Under the pieces are notes generated by a model. That model did not search any database. It saw only the letters and a list, made by a program, of their open reading frames with translations, and had not been told where the DNA came from. From Octopus vulgaris (lineage: Eukaryota), in NCBI GenBank assembly GCA_951406725.2, contig OX597836.1, forward strand, positions 27,280,001-27,344,000: 64,000 bases of DNA. Direction: 5' to 3'. A program made the position numbers and the translations under genes. Shown piece after piece: positions 62,443 to 64,000 of the stretch (position 1 is its first letter; the number at the start of each line of letters is the position of its first letter).

Positions 62443-63213
62443 TTCGTACATACGTATATACATTCGTTCATACATACACACACTCGCGCAAACAAACACA
62501 CACACACACACACACACATACACACACACATACACACATATATACGCTCCAACTTCTTTGAAACCCTATTTCTTTGCAAGACAAGCGTTCACTCTCCGGC
62601 CATTATATGAATGAATAGACACTATCACTTTTTGAAAGATTTATTTCTAGAAAACAAAATTATGACAATGGATGCATTTAAATTCTTAATCTAGACAAAG
62701 TTGTCCCAGGAGGAATTTGAACTCCAGATATAATATGCGATTGCAAATGCTGTTCCAGATATTCCCTTTCTCGATCAAGTGTGACCTTGTATCTGCGCCT
62801 GTATGCGCAGGCTTGCGCAAGGATGAGTTATATAAGATCGTCAGTGGCTCGAGCGTACGGTTTTCCAATTCCTGGTTGGTCATCAACGATGTTGTCTAAT
62901 GGAAGGGTGACGTTGATAAAGTGTGGCATCACTGTCATCGCAAGAGATGTGCTCAGAATGCGCAGAGTTAGAACGGGTAACGGTAAGGCATCACATTCCA
63001 CCGATAGTTCGGTGCTTTATTTTATCATTTTATTCAACTCCAAAAGGATGATTGCTAAAGTTCACCTAAGTAAAATTTATACACACACATACACACGCAA
63101 CATACATACATACATACATACATACATACATACATACATACATACATACATACATACATACATACATACATACATACATGCATACGTACATACATACATA
63201 ATACATACATACA

Positions 63214-63249
<36 letters not shown>

Positions 63250-63254
63250 TATAA

Positions 63255-63536
63255 TAACAATTTAATAAATAAAACATATGCATACATACATACATATATG
63301 TACATACCTACATCTATATGTATATATACATGCATATATGAGTACAGGACACCACAAATAAACGTAGAATACAACGAGAAACGAAAACATAAAATCAAAC
63401 AAGGAAACGGCCTTTTTTTTAACAACAAAAAAACAGAGTACAAGACTAACAACACAAGGAATATTCCTCTTCATCAGCTGCCCCTTTTTCGACTCAATGC
63501 GCGTTTCGAAGGTGCCTTTACCTTCGAAACACGCAT
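63255..63536 (-). mobile_element. Penelope-like terminal repeat with short terminal fold-back
   Basis: Homolog of 20285-20540. Ends in hairpin TGCGCGTTTCGAAGGT-GCCTTT-ACCTTCGAAACACGCA, with CTGATGA on - at 63471-63477. Confidence 0.55.
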
Positions 63537-63549
63537 ACACACACACACA

Positions 63550-63605
<56 letters not shown>

Positions 63606-64000
63606 CACATACATACATAGATATATACATTCATATATCATCGTTAGTCTTAACCCACGGCAACTGGGGGAGAGTCACTGATGAGGAATCATCAAATTTG
63701 AAATCATAGACGATATGGCTCAGTCTCGCTTGCGGTAGGAAGGTTGTCTCCCTTGTTAGTCATAAGATAAAGTACTTCCCGAAGCTAAGAGTTGTTCTGA
63801 AGACTTATTTCTAACAATGTTGGTGCTGACTAGACCTTAGTGACGTCTACACACATGCAAACGCACAGATATATTTTGGTTACAATGGAGCAGGCCCTTT
63901 GGGGAATGGCTGACGGTTTGGTCTGAATCTTTGCAACAGAGTGAACTCGTTCCGTTAAAGGTACCGAATGGCTTGTCCGTTGAGCTAACTGGTTGGCACA

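Noticed and set aside
63674-63712. GTCA-CTGATGA...GAAAT-CATA-GAC motif
   Set aside because: Stems II and III are too weak to distinguish from chance.
59540-64000. Exons 1-2 of the minus-strand Josephin paralog
   Set aside because: No YHE.Q..LC..HALNN or GNYD.NV-like reading was found by eye (including 59860-59940 and 62686-62886). They are probably outside the window or too diverged.

Overview
Repeat-dense, AT-rich animal genomic DNA. It is most likely from an octopus, inferred from the SINE/RTE repeat families and dense (TA)n, (CATA)n, (TATC)n and (GAT)n tracts. Almost all supplied ORFs are microsatellite or SINE artefacts. The only convincing host genes are two convergent Josephin-family deubiquitinase paralogs. 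One is a complete 3-coding-exon JOSD1/2-like gene on + (30649-41304, 231 aa). The other is the last exon of a divergent paralog on - (58271-58733). Both end in a CaaX prenylation-type motif (CNLI*, CNLL*) that I do not recall in human JOSD1/2. The second theme is a set of about a dozen short fold-back (inverted-duplication) elements, mostly beside (TA)n tracts. Many carry intact or decayed minimal type I hammerhead ribozyme motifs (CTGANGA...GAAAC-short or near-palindromic linker-GTH). The same window contains decayed Penelope-like RT and GIY-YIG fragments. Other repeats are RTE, CR1, L1/Tx1 and R4/Dong-like LINE fragments, mariner/Tc1 remnants, MITEs, non-autonomous Helitrons and two tRNA-derived SINE families. 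All family assignments come from motif recognition by eye; no database search was run.
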